Assembly (NCBI GenBank): GCA_963732355.1
Contig: CAVSZD010000007.1
Coordinates: 658,983-722,982 of the forward strand
DNA: 64,000 bases
Direction: 5' to 3'
Source of the DNA: an uncultured Actinomycetota bacterium
GTDB taxonomy: Bacteria > Actinomycetota > Actinomycetes > S36-B12 > UBA10799
The translations under genes and the position numbers were made by a program. The notes below the pieces were generated by a model, which was not told where the DNA came from, ran no database searches, and saw nothing but the letters and a program-made list of their open reading frames with translations. The number at the start of each line of letters is the position of its first letter. The first letter of the stretch is position 1. Positions 36,333-46,652 of the stretch are shown here, one piece after another.

Positions 36333-36431
36333 ATGACCGAAGTGTTCTTCACGTCGCTGCTGGTGCTGGTGACGATCTTCATCGCCTGGTTCTCCATCTA
36401 CGTCATCTACCGACTCTTCAAGAGCCAGTAA
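36333..36431 (+). CDS. 32-aa hydrophobic micro-protein (unlisted small ORF)
   Basis: MTEVFFTSLLVLVTIFIAWFSIYVIYRLFKSQ. Almost every codon ends in G or C, the sequence forms a single TM helix, and the TAA stop directly abuts GTG 36432 of the next gene. No clear SD. Confidence 0.4.
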   Translation: MTEVFFTSLLVLVTIFIAWFSIYVIYRLFKSQ

Positions 36432-36941
36432 GTGGATCTGCCAGAAGAAGTCCTTCCGCTTTCCTGGCTTCTGGGCCAATGGGTGGGAGTGGGAACCGGG
36501 CAATACCCGACCATCCCCGACTTCCGCTTCGGCCAGGAGCTGTCGTTCACCTGCGACGGCCGGCCGTTCATCGCCCTGAACTCCCGTACCTGGATCCTCG
36601 ACGACCAGGGCAACAGGACCCGGCCCGGCGCCACGGAGTCGGCCTACTTCCGGCCGCGGCCGGACAACGAGTTCGAGGCGGTCTTCGCGCACCCGACGGG
36701 CTTCGTGGAGGTGTGGCACGGCAAGGTGATCGTGTCGGACATCCAGGACGCCGTCATCACCCGCGCGAGCCTGGAGATGAACACCGACACTGTGGTGCGC
36801 ACCCGCAGCGCCAAGGAGTACGTGGGTGGGCAGCGCCTGTACGGCTTGGCCCCCGATGGGGATCTGGCGTGGACGTTCGACATGAGCGCCATGGGAGTGC
36901 CGTTGACCAACCACCTCGCCGCCAAGCTGAAGCGCGTGTGA
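36432..36941 (+). CDS. FABP-family protein (nitrobindin/DUF1794)
   Basis: LSWLLGQWVGVGTGQYPTIPDFRFGQELSF is the characteristic nitrobindin N-terminal motif. About 169 aa, beta-barrel. Confidence 0.85.
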   Translation: MDLPEEVLPLSWLLGQWVGVGTGQYPTIPDFRFGQELSFTCDGRPFIALNSRTWILDDQGNRTRPGATESAYFRPRPDNEFEAVFAHPTGFVEVWHGKVIVSDIQDAVITRASLEMNTDTVVRTRSAKEYVGGQRLYGLAPDGDLAWTFDMSAMGVPLTNHLAAKLKRV

Positions 36942-37351
36942 CCGACGAATTCGAGGCCAGACTTCAACAGGCTGGTTACCGCCGGACAGGTCAGCGACGC
37001 GAGATCTGGGAGTCGGTGAGCCGGTTGCGCCATGCCACCCCGGAGCAGATCGTGGCCGACCTCGACGACGTCGATGCATCCACGGTGTACCGGGGCCTGG
37101 AAGTGCTGGTGCAGGTGGGGCTCATCACCCACACCCACATCGGGCACGGCCCACCGGTTTACCACGCCCTCGACCCGACTCCCCACCTGCACCTCGTATG
37201 CCAGAAGTGCGGCACACAGTCCTCAGCACAGATAACCGCGGCCAGCGAGTTGGTCGAGGCCTTGTTACGCGACCACGGTTTCGCGGCCGATCTGGACTAC
37301 ATGTCGCTGCCGGGTACCTGCGCGGCCTGCAGGTCGGCTGGAACAACGTGA
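36938..37351 (+). CDS. Fur-family transcriptional regulator
   Basis: GTG 36938 overlaps the upstream stop (GTGA). Winged-helix region (RRTGQRREIW...STVYRGLEVLVQVGLI), HLHLVCQKC...CAAC metal sites. Confidence 0.85.
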   Translation: MTDEFEARLQQAGYRRTGQRREIWESVSRLRHATPEQIVADLDDVDASTVYRGLEVLVQVGLITHTHIGHGPPVYHALDPTPHLHLVCQKCGTQSSAQITAASELVEALLRDHGFAADLDYMSLPGTCAACRSAGTT

Positions 37352-38334
37352 GCCCTGCGGAAACAAACAGCGGCCCGCACGGCGTTACACCTGACATGAC
37401 GCACTTCGGAGACCCTTTCGGCGAGCAGAAACTGCTGGCTGGCGGGAGCGGCTGGGTGGCCCTGCCGGATCGGGCCGTGCTGGCCCTGACCGGAGCGGAC
37501 CGGATCACCTGGCTCGACTCCTTGACGTCGCACCGGATCGCAGCCAGCGCCTCCACCCAGGCCCTGATACTCGACCCGCACGGGCACGTCGAGTACGACC
37601 TGCACGTGACCGACAAGGGCGAGACGACATGGCTGATCGTGGACTCCGGCACCGCGGCGGATCTGCTGAGGTTCCTGGACTCGATGCGGTTCTTCGCCGA
37701 TGTGGTTGTGGCCGATGTGAGCTCATCGCACCAGGTCGTGTGGATCCCTCGCCGCGAGCAGTACGGCGACCGCCCGACGTGGCTGGTGCCGCTGGAGTAC
37801 GCCGGGCAGGGCGTGACGCCCTCCGGCGAGGATCGCGGCGGCACATCGGCCAAGTACGTACCGGCCCGTCCGGACCGCCTCGTGGGCGCCGAGGTCGTAC
37901 TCCCGCTGGACGCAACCCCTGAGGGACCCGAATGCGGTTTGTGGGCGTGGAACGCATTACGCATCGCCGCCGGAGTCCCCGACCTGACGGTTGACGCCGA
38001 TCACAAGTCGTTGCCTCACGAACTGGGCCTTATTGGACCGGCGGTACATCTGGCCAAGGGGTGCTACCGCGGACAGGAGACGGTCGCCCGACTGCACAAC
38101 ATGGGTCGTCCACCCCGGCGGATCGTGCTGCTGCACTTCGACGGGGCGCTGCCGGATCCAGGGGCGGAGATTCTGTCCGGGGAGAAGGTTGTGGGCCAGG
38201 TGACCTCGGTTGCCCAGCATTACGAACTCGGCCCGATCGGGCTGGCCACCATCAAGCGCTCGGTGCCATTGGAGCAACCCCTGTACGCGGACGGCATCGT
38301 GGCCTCGCAGGAGCAAGTCGTTGCAGCCGCCTGA
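37348..38334 (+). CDS. ygfZ: folate-binding protein YgfZ (GcvT-like)
   Basis: ALTGADRITWLDSLTSH and KGCYRGQETVARLHNMG motifs. Start is GTG 37348 (GTGA overlap with fur) or ATG 37396. Confidence 0.8.
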   Translation: MSPAETNSGPHGVTPDMTHFGDPFGEQKLLAGGSGWVALPDRAVLALTGADRITWLDSLTSHRIAASASTQALILDPHGHVEYDLHVTDKGETTWLIVDSGTAADLLRFLDSMRFFADVVVADVSSSHQVVWIPRREQYGDRPTWLVPLEYAGQGVTPSGEDRGGTSAKYVPARPDRLVGAEVVLPLDATPEGPECGLWAWNALRIAAGVPDLTVDADHKSLPHELGLIGPAVHLAKGCYRGQETVARLHNMGRPPRRIVLLHFDGALPDPGAEILSGEKVVGQVTSVAQHYELGPIGLATIKRSVPLEQPLYADGIVASQEQVVAAA

Positions 38335-38370
38335 GGTTTGGCAGACACACAAATGGGGAAAGGTTCACAC

Positions 38371-38601
38371 GTGATCACCATGTACTCGACTTCCTGGTGC
38401 GGCTACTGCATCAGGCTCAAGTCGCAGATGAAACGGGCCGGCCTCGACTTCACCGAGGTCAACATTGAGGAGAACCCCGAGGCTGCTGACTTCGTCGGCA
38501 AGGTCAACGGCGGCAACCACGTCGTCCCCACCGTCCTGCTGCCCAACGGCACCGCGATGACCAACCCCAGCATCAACGAACTGTTGGCAGCGGTGGGCTG
38601 A
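38371..38601 (+). CDS. mycoredoxin (glutaredoxin-like, CGYC active site)
   Basis: ITMYSTSWCGYCIRLK...VNGGNHVVPTV aligns with mycoredoxin-1. GTG 38371 has GGGGAAAGG 7 nt upstream. ATG 38353 is an alternative start. Confidence 0.8.
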   Translation: MITMYSTSWCGYCIRLKSQMKRAGLDFTEVNIEENPEAADFVGKVNGGNHVVPTVLLPNGTAMTNPSINELLAAVG

Positions 38602-38707
38602 GGTCTGGTTGCCCCGCCCCCGCGCCGCGTCTTTCGGTGACAAACCGACCACCCAGTGGGCCGCTGGTCACCAGAACATACCGGCGCCGGCGTTGCATGT
38701 GGTTTGA

Positions 38708-39280
38708 TCACTGCGCCCTGGGGCTGCGCCGGAAGGTGCTGACAAACGGGTCGCCTTCAATCCAGAACCGCCAGTGCCGTTCTGCGGCCTTACTCACGCC
38801 GACCCGTGGTCCAGTTGCCACCGTAGCCGCGCCCGCCGCCGGCTCCAGCCGCAACCGCCCGCTTCGCAGGTCCGCTCCGCTGTCGGCCATGGTCACGCCC
38901 AAGGCCTGGCCCAACCGACCCGGCCCACGGGCCAGCTCGGGCTGACCGCCGCGGCGCGCGCGTGCGATCTCGACTCCCCGCACAACCTCACCGGCGCGCA
39001 ACAGGAGTCCGCCGCCAACCCCTTGCGGGTGACAGACGACGTTCAAACACCAGTGCATGCCGTAGCTGAGGTAGACGTAGGCATGTCCGGGCGGGCCGAA
39101 CATGACTGCGTTCTTGTTCCCCGGCCCGCGGAAAGCATGGCTGGCTGGGTCCCGCTGCCCCGCGTACGCCTCCACCTCCACGATGCGCACCGCGACCTCG
39201 TCGTCGCGGATCGTCGCTCCGAGCAAGAGCGGAGCCACCTCCTCAGCGGGCTGCGACAAGGCAACGAACAGGTCGTTCAT
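38708..39280 (-). CDS. mpg: DNA-3-methyladenine glycosylase (Mpg/AAG family)
   Basis: VAPLLLGATI..., VEVEAYAG..DPASHAFRG...NAVMFGPPGHAYVYLSYGMHWCLNVV are the family hallmarks. Start trimmed to ATG 39280. Confidence 0.85.
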   Translation of the reverse strand: MNDLFVALSQPAEEVAPLLLGATIRDDEVAVRIVEVEAYAGQRDPASHAFRGPGNKNAVMFGPPGHAYVYLSYGMHWCLNVVCHPQGVGGGLLLRAGEVVRGVEIARARRGGQPELARGPGRLGQALGVTMADSGADLRSGRLRLEPAAGAATVATGPRVGVSKAAERHWRFWIEGDPFVSTFRRSPRAQ

Positions 39281-39298
39281 ACAACCAGTCTGGACATA

Positions 39299-40414
39299 AT
39301 GGCAAGGCGCGCCGCGAACCCCCGCCCAGACACCGAGGATGGCTTTGTGCAACTGACCCGCGACGAAGCTCTGAGAATGCGCCTGGCCAACCTTCGGCTC
39401 AGCCAGCCGGGTACAGGGACGGCCGAGCTGGCCGACTGGTTCGGGGCGATGCAGGCGCAGGATCTGACCAGTGGCAAGTGGTCCTTGGGTGCGCGACTGC
39501 CCGGAGCGACCGAAGCCGACATCGACGCCGCCCTGGCCAACGGCGAGGTCCTGCGCACCTGGCCGATGCGTGGCACGATTCATGTGATCCATCCAGAGAA
39601 CGCCCGCTGGATGCTGGACCTGACCGGGCGCCGGGCGCTGAACGGTCTGAAGGCACGCTGGGACTTCCTGGGGCTCAATAGCCAGATCGTTGACCAGGCG
39701 GCTGAGGTCCTGGGTGCCGCGCTGAAGGGCACCCGCCTGACCCGCGCCCAGTGCCTTGCCACTCTGGAGGCCGCGGGGATCGAGACCGGAACCGGCCGCT
39801 CGTACCACCTGCTGTGGCACACCGCGCAGATCGGGGTCACGTGCATCGGGCCGAACGAGGGCTCCGAACAGACCTTCGTGTTGCTGGACGAATGGGCACC
39901 GCGGCAACGCACGCCCGACCGCGACGAAGCCCTGGCGATGCTGGCTCGGATGTATTTCCAAAGCCACGGGCCCACCACCGGCAAGGACTTCCAGGGGTGG
40001 ACGGGGTTGACGAGCACCGACGCGAAGAAGGCAGTCGCCGCCGCAGATCTGACAAGCGCCACCTTGGACGACCAAGAGGTCTTCTACGTCCCGGGGCCGT
40101 CACCGGAGCCTCCCGAGGCCTTGCTGCTGCCTGGTTTCGACGAGTTCATGCTCGGCTACAAGGACCGCGCACTGTTCCTGGACCCGGTCGATGCCGGACG
40201 AATCGTGCCCGGCGGCAACGGAATGTTCCGCAACACCGTGGTCCACCGTGGCCGGGTGATCGGCACCTGGCAGCGCAAAGTCCTGTCGAAAACCACTCGC
40301 CTGACGATCACCGGCTTCAAGACCGTGCCCCGTGCCGCGCGCGACGCATTCGAAGCACCGGCATCACGTTACGCCGATTACACCGGTAAGGACCTCGACC
40401 TGCGCTTCGACTGA
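39299..40414 (+). CDS. winged-helix DNA glycosylase, AlkZ/YcaQ (HTH_42, DUF1006) family
   Basis: LRLANLRL...ELADWFGAMQAQD (Q-phi-Q/D catalytic-type motif), LRTWPMRGTIHV, and the C-terminal GYKDR...NGMF..TVV..GRVIGTW pattern. Start ATG 39299. Confidence 0.8.
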   Translation: MARRAANPRPDTEDGFVQLTRDEALRMRLANLRLSQPGTGTAELADWFGAMQAQDLTSGKWSLGARLPGATEADIDAALANGEVLRTWPMRGTIHVIHPENARWMLDLTGRRALNGLKARWDFLGLNSQIVDQAAEVLGAALKGTRLTRAQCLATLEAAGIETGTGRSYHLLWHTAQIGVTCIGPNEGSEQTFVLLDEWAPRQRTPDRDEALAMLARMYFQSHGPTTGKDFQGWTGLTSTDAKKAVAAADLTSATLDDQEVFYVPGPSPEPPEALLLPGFDEFMLGYKDRALFLDPVDAGRIVPGGNGMFRNTVVHRGRVIGTWQRKVLSKTTRLTITGFKTVPRAARDAFEAPASRYADYTGKDLDLRFD

Positions 40415-40476
40415 CACGCCCGGATGTGCTGGTGACCGACTGGTGTGGCCGCTAGCGTCACGCGGGAGGAGGCCAC

Positions 40477-41610
40477 ATGTCCGACAGTGGTAGCCAATCC
40501 CCCGAGGGGCTGAAAGCTGGCACTTTGAGCGCGCCGATTTCGGGATGGATGCGCAGGTCGATGGCACCGTGGAGCGCTCACGCCTACATCGTCTTCATCG
40601 TCCTGGTGCTCGTCGCATGGCTGGCGACAACTCTGCTGGGCCGGGTCTGGTACCTGCTGTGGTGGTTCATCATCGCGGCATTCCTCTACTTCGCATTGGC
40701 GCCGGCCGTCGACTGGCTGGTCAAGAAGGGCGTGAAGCGGGGGCTGGCCACTGGTCTGGTCATGCTCGGCCTCATCGCCGGAATCCTGACCTTGATCATC
40801 TCCATGACACCACTGATCGTCAGCGAGACCGAAACCGCGATCAACGACATCCCCGCGCTGATCACCAACCTGAAGGACATCGCGTCGCACTTCGGCGTCA
40901 ATGTCGACACGACCAGCAACAGCCAACAGGTGCAATCAGCCCTGTCAACCCTGCAAGGGCATTTGCCCGACATCGCAGGCGGGGCGCTCAGCGCCACAAG
41001 TGCTCTCATCGGCGGGCTCTTCGAGTTCTTCGTGGTCCTGCTCTTCACGTTCTTCCTGCTGGCCAACCAGAACAAGTTCCGTCGATTCATACTGTCCTTC
41101 TTCGCGCCTGGCACCCAGACCTTCGTCGGGCAGGCCTGGGACATCGCGGTGTACAAGACCGGCGGCTACCTCTACTCGCGCATCCTGACGTCGTTCCTCG
41201 CCGGCTCAGTCATCGGAATCACGTTGTGGGCTCTCGGGTGCCCCTACGCCCTGGCGCTGGCGATCTGGTACGGGCTGATCTCGCAGTTCCTGCCCATGGT
41301 CGGGACCTACGTGGCCGCGGCCTTACCACTGCTGATCCTGGCCCTGCGCGACCCGATGGACGCAGTCATCTTCATTGTCGTCCTGGCCATCTGGATCCCC
41401 TTCCAGGACTACGTCATCAGCCCACGGGTATCGGCCAAGACCATGCAGTTGGCTCCGGCGACCGCGTTGACCGCACTACTGGCCGGTGGGGCACTGTTCG
41501 GGGCACTCGGCGCGTTCCTGGCACTGCCCGCCGCTGCTGTTATTCAGAGCATCCTCACCGCGTTCTTCCCACGCCACGAGGTCTTGGAGAGTGCCGCCGG
41601 GCGAAAGTGA
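40477..41610 (+). CDS. AI-2E family transporter (PerM/UPF0118)
   Basis: Eight TM helices. FFVVLLFTFFLL and ALPLLILAL...IPFQDYVISPRV are typical of the family. GGGAGGAGG RBS. Confidence 0.85.
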   Translation: MSDSGSQSPEGLKAGTLSAPISGWMRRSMAPWSAHAYIVFIVLVLVAWLATTLLGRVWYLLWWFIIAAFLYFALAPAVDWLVKKGVKRGLATGLVMLGLIAGILTLIISMTPLIVSETETAINDIPALITNLKDIASHFGVNVDTTSNSQQVQSALSTLQGHLPDIAGGALSATSALIGGLFEFFVVLLFTFFLLANQNKFRRFILSFFAPGTQTFVGQAWDIAVYKTGGYLYSRILTSFLAGSVIGITLWALGCPYALALAIWYGLISQFLPMVGTYVAAALPLLILALRDPMDAVIFIVVLAIWIPFQDYVISPRVSAKTMQLAPATALTALLAGGALFGALGAFLALPAAAVIQSILTAFFPRHEVLESAAGRK

Positions 41611-41619
41611 GGCGCGGGG

Positions 41620-42201
41620 TCACTGCCGGACCGCCAGCACCACCGTGTCCAGTGCGATGGCACCATCGACGGGCCGCTGGGCCACCTCGGCGTAGTCGAT
41701 CCGCATGCCTTCAAGGGCGGCGACAGTCTGCTCGACCGTGAAGCAGACGCCCGGGTCCGGCGGGCCACCATGACCGAGTTCCACGTTCGACTTGTCATGG
41801 GCGACCACCAGCACCACGCCGCCAGGCTTGACCCAGTTGCGGACCCGGCGCAGCACACGCGCCTGGAGGACGTCGGGAACCTGCAGGTACGAAAGGAGCA
41901 CAAGGTCGACGAGGTAGGTCGGCTCAAAGGTCTCGGCATCGCTCACGACGGTTGCCAACTGCACTTGCGCCTCGAAGGCCATCCGCCGGGCCTTCTCGAG
42001 ACCGACCGCCGAGAAATCGACCGCGGTGACGTCCCACCCCTGCTTAGCGAGCCAGACCGCGTTGCGGCCCTCACCGGCCCCGAGGTCGATTGCCGAACCT
42101 GGCGGGAGGTCGCTGAGGAACTGGGCCACGAACTGGTTCGGCTCCCCACTCCACACCAGCTCGGCGTCGCTGTACCTTGCGTCCCATCCCTGCGCGTCCA
42201 C
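41620..42201 (-). CDS. class I SAM-dependent methyltransferase
   Basis: WDARY...AIDLGAGEGRNAVWLAKQGWDVTAVDFS is motif I plus the acidic loop. Confidence 0.8.
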   Translation of the reverse strand: MDAQGWDARYSDAELVWSGEPNQFVAQFLSDLPPGSAIDLGAGEGRNAVWLAKQGWDVTAVDFSAVGLEKARRMAFEAQVQLATVVSDAETFEPTYLVDLVLLSYLQVPDVLQARVLRRVRNWVKPGGVVLVVAHDKSNVELGHGGPPDPGVCFTVEQTVAALEGMRIDYAEVAQRPVDGAIALDTVVLAVRQ

Positions 42202-42245
42202 GCCACCATTGAACCAGTGGTCGCCGCCCCAAGCGGGACCGTTGG

Positions 42246-42313
42246 TTAGAGGTTGTGCTGTTGGTTAGCGTTTCAACGCGTGGATTCGCTAACCAACGGA
42301 ACAACCTCTAACC
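42246..42313. repeat. 68-bp nested-palindrome element (sub-family 2)
   Basis: TTAGAGGTTGTGCTGTTGGTTAGCGTTTCAACGCGTGGATTCGCTAACCAACGGAACAACCTCTAACC, in the divergent promoter region of the methyltransferase gene and pgm. Confidence 0.9.
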
Positions 42314-42380
42314 AGGGACGGATGTACGCCAAACGGCATAGGCCGGGAACGCGCAACCGAAGCCGACTACCCTGCCAGAC

Positions 42381-44002
<1,622 letters not shown>

Positions 44003-44006
<4 letters not shown>

Positions 44007-44632
44007 GCGCGATCGTTCTGGGCGTTGGTCCGGGCTTGGGCATGTCGCTGGCGCGTGCATACGCAGAGACCGGGCGACCGGTTGCAGTGGTGGCGCTGCA
44101 TCAGGAACAGGCAGACAGCTTTGCCGACGAGCTCGGAGGTGGTGCTGCCGGTTTCGCCGGAGACCTCGGCGACGCGGCACAGGTGAAGGCGGTGATTGAG
44201 CAGGCCGCTGCACAGCTCGGGGCTCCCGACATCGTCCACTACAACGCCTCGCTGCTGGTCGAGGGATCCCCCACGGCCGTACCTCTGGACGCCGTGGAGT
44301 CGGCGTGGCGCGTCGGTTGCCTCGGTGCGTGGGCTGCTTTGCAAGCGGCAGTGCCGCTCATGGACGAGGGGTCGGCCTTCTTCGCGACGAACAGCGGGGT
44401 GTCGGTCGACCCTTGGTCGGGCGGCAGCGTCTTGAGTTCGGCCAAGGCCGCGCTGCGCAACTTCATGTTTTCGGCCGCTGACGAACTACCTCATTTGAAC
44501 ATCGCGATGATCACAATCATGGGTGTCATCAAAGAGGGCACCGACCTTTCCCCCGATGAGATCGCGCGCAACTTCCTGGCCCTGCTCGAAGAACGCCAAC
44601 CGCCGGTGGAGACGTTGCTGCCGCGGGCCTAG
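44003..44632 (+). CDS. SDR-family NAD(P)-binding oxidoreductase
   Basis: ATG 44003 overlaps the pgm stop (ATGA). N-terminal [20 protein letters not shown] Rossmann motif. 209 aa. Confidence 0.75.
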
Positions 44633-44641
44633 TTTGGACGT

Positions 44642-45031
44642 ATGCGAATCCTGGTCGTGCTGATTCTGGCGGCAATCGCGGTGTACCTCGTGCTGCGGTT
44701 GCTCAGTGGCGGCGCGGCCCGCGTGGGCGCCAAACCGGCGCCGCGGTCGCTGCCACCGGTGGATAGCGGTGAGTTCGAGGAACCGGCTGCAATTGCCAGC
44801 GGGCCAGACCGCGGTTTCGGGGTATTGAGGCTGACCCCCAGCCAGTTGATCTTCTCCGGCAACTCAGGGCGCATCACCACCCTCGAACGACTGGACATCG
44901 TGGGGGTGGCCGCCACCAAACAACTCCCCGACCACGACACCGTGAAAGCGGTGCTGGCCGTGTCAACTCGCGAGGGTGTGCACTACTTCGCCGTCGACGA
45001 CCCCGGCGCCTGGGAGCGCCGCCTGCTTTAG
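44642..45031 (+). CDS. membrane-anchored hypothetical protein (PH-like C-terminal domain?)
   Basis: N-terminal TM helix (ILVVLILAAIAVYLVLRLL), then GVLRLTPSQLIFSG...HYFAVDDPGAWERRL. No family recognised with confidence. Confidence 0.6.
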   Translation: MRILVVLILAAIAVYLVLRLLSGGAARVGAKPAPRSLPPVDSGEFEEPAAIASGPDRGFGVLRLTPSQLIFSGNSGRITTLERLDIVGVAATKQLPDHDTVKAVLAVSTREGVHYFAVDDPGAWERRLL

Positions 45032-45062
45032 CGCGCCCCGACCCAGCCCGCAAGCGCCCGCG

Positions 45063-45130
45063 TTAGAGGTTGTGCGGTTCGTTAGCGAATACACGCGTGG
45101 ATTCGCTAACCAGGACCACAACCTCTAACC
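45063..45130. repeat. 68-bp nested-palindrome element (forward orientation)
   Basis: TTAGAGGTTGTGCGGTTCGTTAGCGAATACACGCGTGGATTCGCTAACCAGGACCACAACCTCTAACC. Confidence 0.9.
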
Positions 45131-45227
45131 AGGAGCACCGCGGGGTTGCCGCACCGCCCCGCCGGCGCCCCGGCGTCGCACCTCCCGAGGCGTCGCCGGG
45201 CGCCCCGACCGCTCGCACCCCACCGCG

Positions 45228-45295
45228 TTAGAGGTTGTGCGGTTCGTTAGCGAATCCACGCGTGGATTCGCTAACCAGGACCACAACCTCTAACC
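45228..45295. repeat. 68-bp nested-palindrome element (forward orientation, perfect inner 30-mer palindrome)
   Basis: The inner GTTAGCGAATCCACGCGTGGATTCGCTAAC is perfectly self-complementary. This copy starts 165 bp after the previous one. Confidence 0.9.
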
Positions 45296-45355
45296 AGGAG
45301 CACCGTTGCACCGACCCGCCGGCACCGAAGGGGAGGCAACGCGGGCCCCAAACCC

Positions 45356-45847
45356 CTAGAGCGTGAGCACCATGCGGGTGTTGCCCAGGGTGTTGGGCCG
45401 GACGCGTTCGAGGTCCAAGAACTCCGCGACCCCCTCATCCGGCGAGCGCAGCAACTCCTCGTACACCCGGCTCTCCACCCCGCGCTCCTTGAGTTCCTCG
45501 AACCCGAAAGCAGCGAAGAAGTCCGTCTCGAAGGTCAAGCAGAACACCCTCGCGACGCCGAGGTCGCGGGCCCGGTCGACCAGGGCCCCGAGGATTGCCG
45601 AACCGATACCGCGCCTGAACAAGTGCGGCAGAACCGCCAGGGTCCGCACCTCGGCCAGGTCCTCCCACATGACATGCACCGCGCCGCAGCCGATGACCGC
45701 ACCATCCTCCTCGGCGACCAGGAAATCGGTCACGTCCTCGTACAAGGTCACGGTCGCTTTCGAGAGCAGTCGCCGGTCCGGGGCGTACTGGTCGATGAGT
45801 TCGCGGATTACACGCACGTCCTGGGTTCGAGCCGGCCTGATCAGCAT
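45356..45847 (-). CDS. GNAT amino-acid N-acetyltransferase (short ArgA-like)
   Basis: MLIRPARTQDV...GCGAVHVMWEDLAEVRTLAV...RRGIGSAIL... and the C-terminal LDLERVRPNTLGNTRM, as in the short mycobacterial N-acetylglutamate synthase type. Confidence 0.8.
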   Translation of the reverse strand: MLIRPARTQDVRVIRELIDQYAPDRRLLSKATVTLYEDVTDFLVAEEDGAVIGCGAVHVMWEDLAEVRTLAVLPHLFRRGIGSAILGALVDRARDLGVARVFCLTFETDFFAAFGFEELKERGVESRVYEELLRSPDEGVAEFLDLERVRPNTLGNTRMVLTL

Positions 45848-45899
45848 GTTTCCAGTGTTCCGCGCACGCACTATTGGTTGAGCAGCGGTCTCCGGTTCG

Positions 45900-46652
45900 T
45901 CAAGCGTTCTTCTCGAAGACCAACCGCAGCCCGATCAGCGTGAGATCGGGTTCGTACGCGGTGATGGTGCGCGACTCTGGCAGCACGACACTGGCCAGCC
46001 CGCCGGTGGCGATCACGGCCCCCATGGGCAGCTCCGCGTTGATGCGGTCCACGAGGCCATCGACCTGCCCGGCGAACCCGTACAAGGCCCCCGACTGCAG
46101 CGCCTCCACGGTGTTCTTGCCGATCACCGAGCGGGGGGCCACAAGTTCGACCTTGCGCAGGGCCGCCGCCCTCGAGGCCAGTGCGTCCAGGGAGATCTCG
46201 ATACCCGGGGCCAAAGCCCCGCCCAGGAACTCGCCCTTTGCCGATACGACGTCCAAGTTGGTGGACGTGCCGAAGTCGACAACCACACACGGTCCGCCGT
46301 AAAGGGTGTGCGCGGCCAGGGTATTGACAATGCGGTCCGCGCCGACCTCCTTGGGGTTGTCGGTCAAAATGGGAACCCCGGTGCGCGTCCCCGGTTCGAC
46401 GATCACGGTCGGCGTGTCCGGGTAGTACTCCCCGATCATCCAGCGGATCTCCCGTAGAACCGCCGGAACCGTCGAACACAAAGCGATCCCGTTGACCTCC
46501 GGCTGACCCCGCAACAACGCCCGGAAGAGGATGTAGATCTCGTCGGCGGTCGCTCTCGGGTCCGTCTTCACCCGGAACGAACGGCGCAACTGCTCACCGT
46601 GGAACAGACCCAGAACCGTGTTCGTATTACCGATGTCAATCGTCAGAAGCAT
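45900..46652 (-). CDS. coaX: type III pantothenate kinase
   Basis: MLLTIDIGNTNTVLGLF and VVDFGTSTNLDVV motifs (ASKHA fold). Confidence 0.9.
   Translation of the reverse strand: MLLTIDIGNTNTVLGLFHGEQLRRSFRVKTDPRATADEIYILFRALLRGQPEVNGIALCSTVPAVLREIRWMIGEYYPDTPTVIVEPGTRTGVPILTDNPKEVGADRIVNTLAAHTLYGGPCVVVDFGTSTNLDVVSAKGEFLGGALAPGIEISLDALASRAAALRKVELVAPRSVIGKNTVEALQSGALYGFAGQVDGLVDRINAELPMGAVIATGGLASVVLPESRTITAYEPDLTLIGLRLVFEKNA

Noticed and set aside
36198-37964. 293-aa (36198-37079) and 279-aa (37125-37964) minus-strand ORFs.
   Set aside because: They are antisense to the nitrobindin, fur-family and ygfZ genes. Composition is low-complexity Arg/Pro/Gly/Ser with no motifs.
39281-40075. Long N-terminal extension of the mpg ORF (455 aa), and the matching extension of the AlkZ-like ORF (38774-39298).
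   Set aside because: Each extension is antisense to the other, well-supported glycosylase gene. Family-typical N-termini start at 39280 and 39299.
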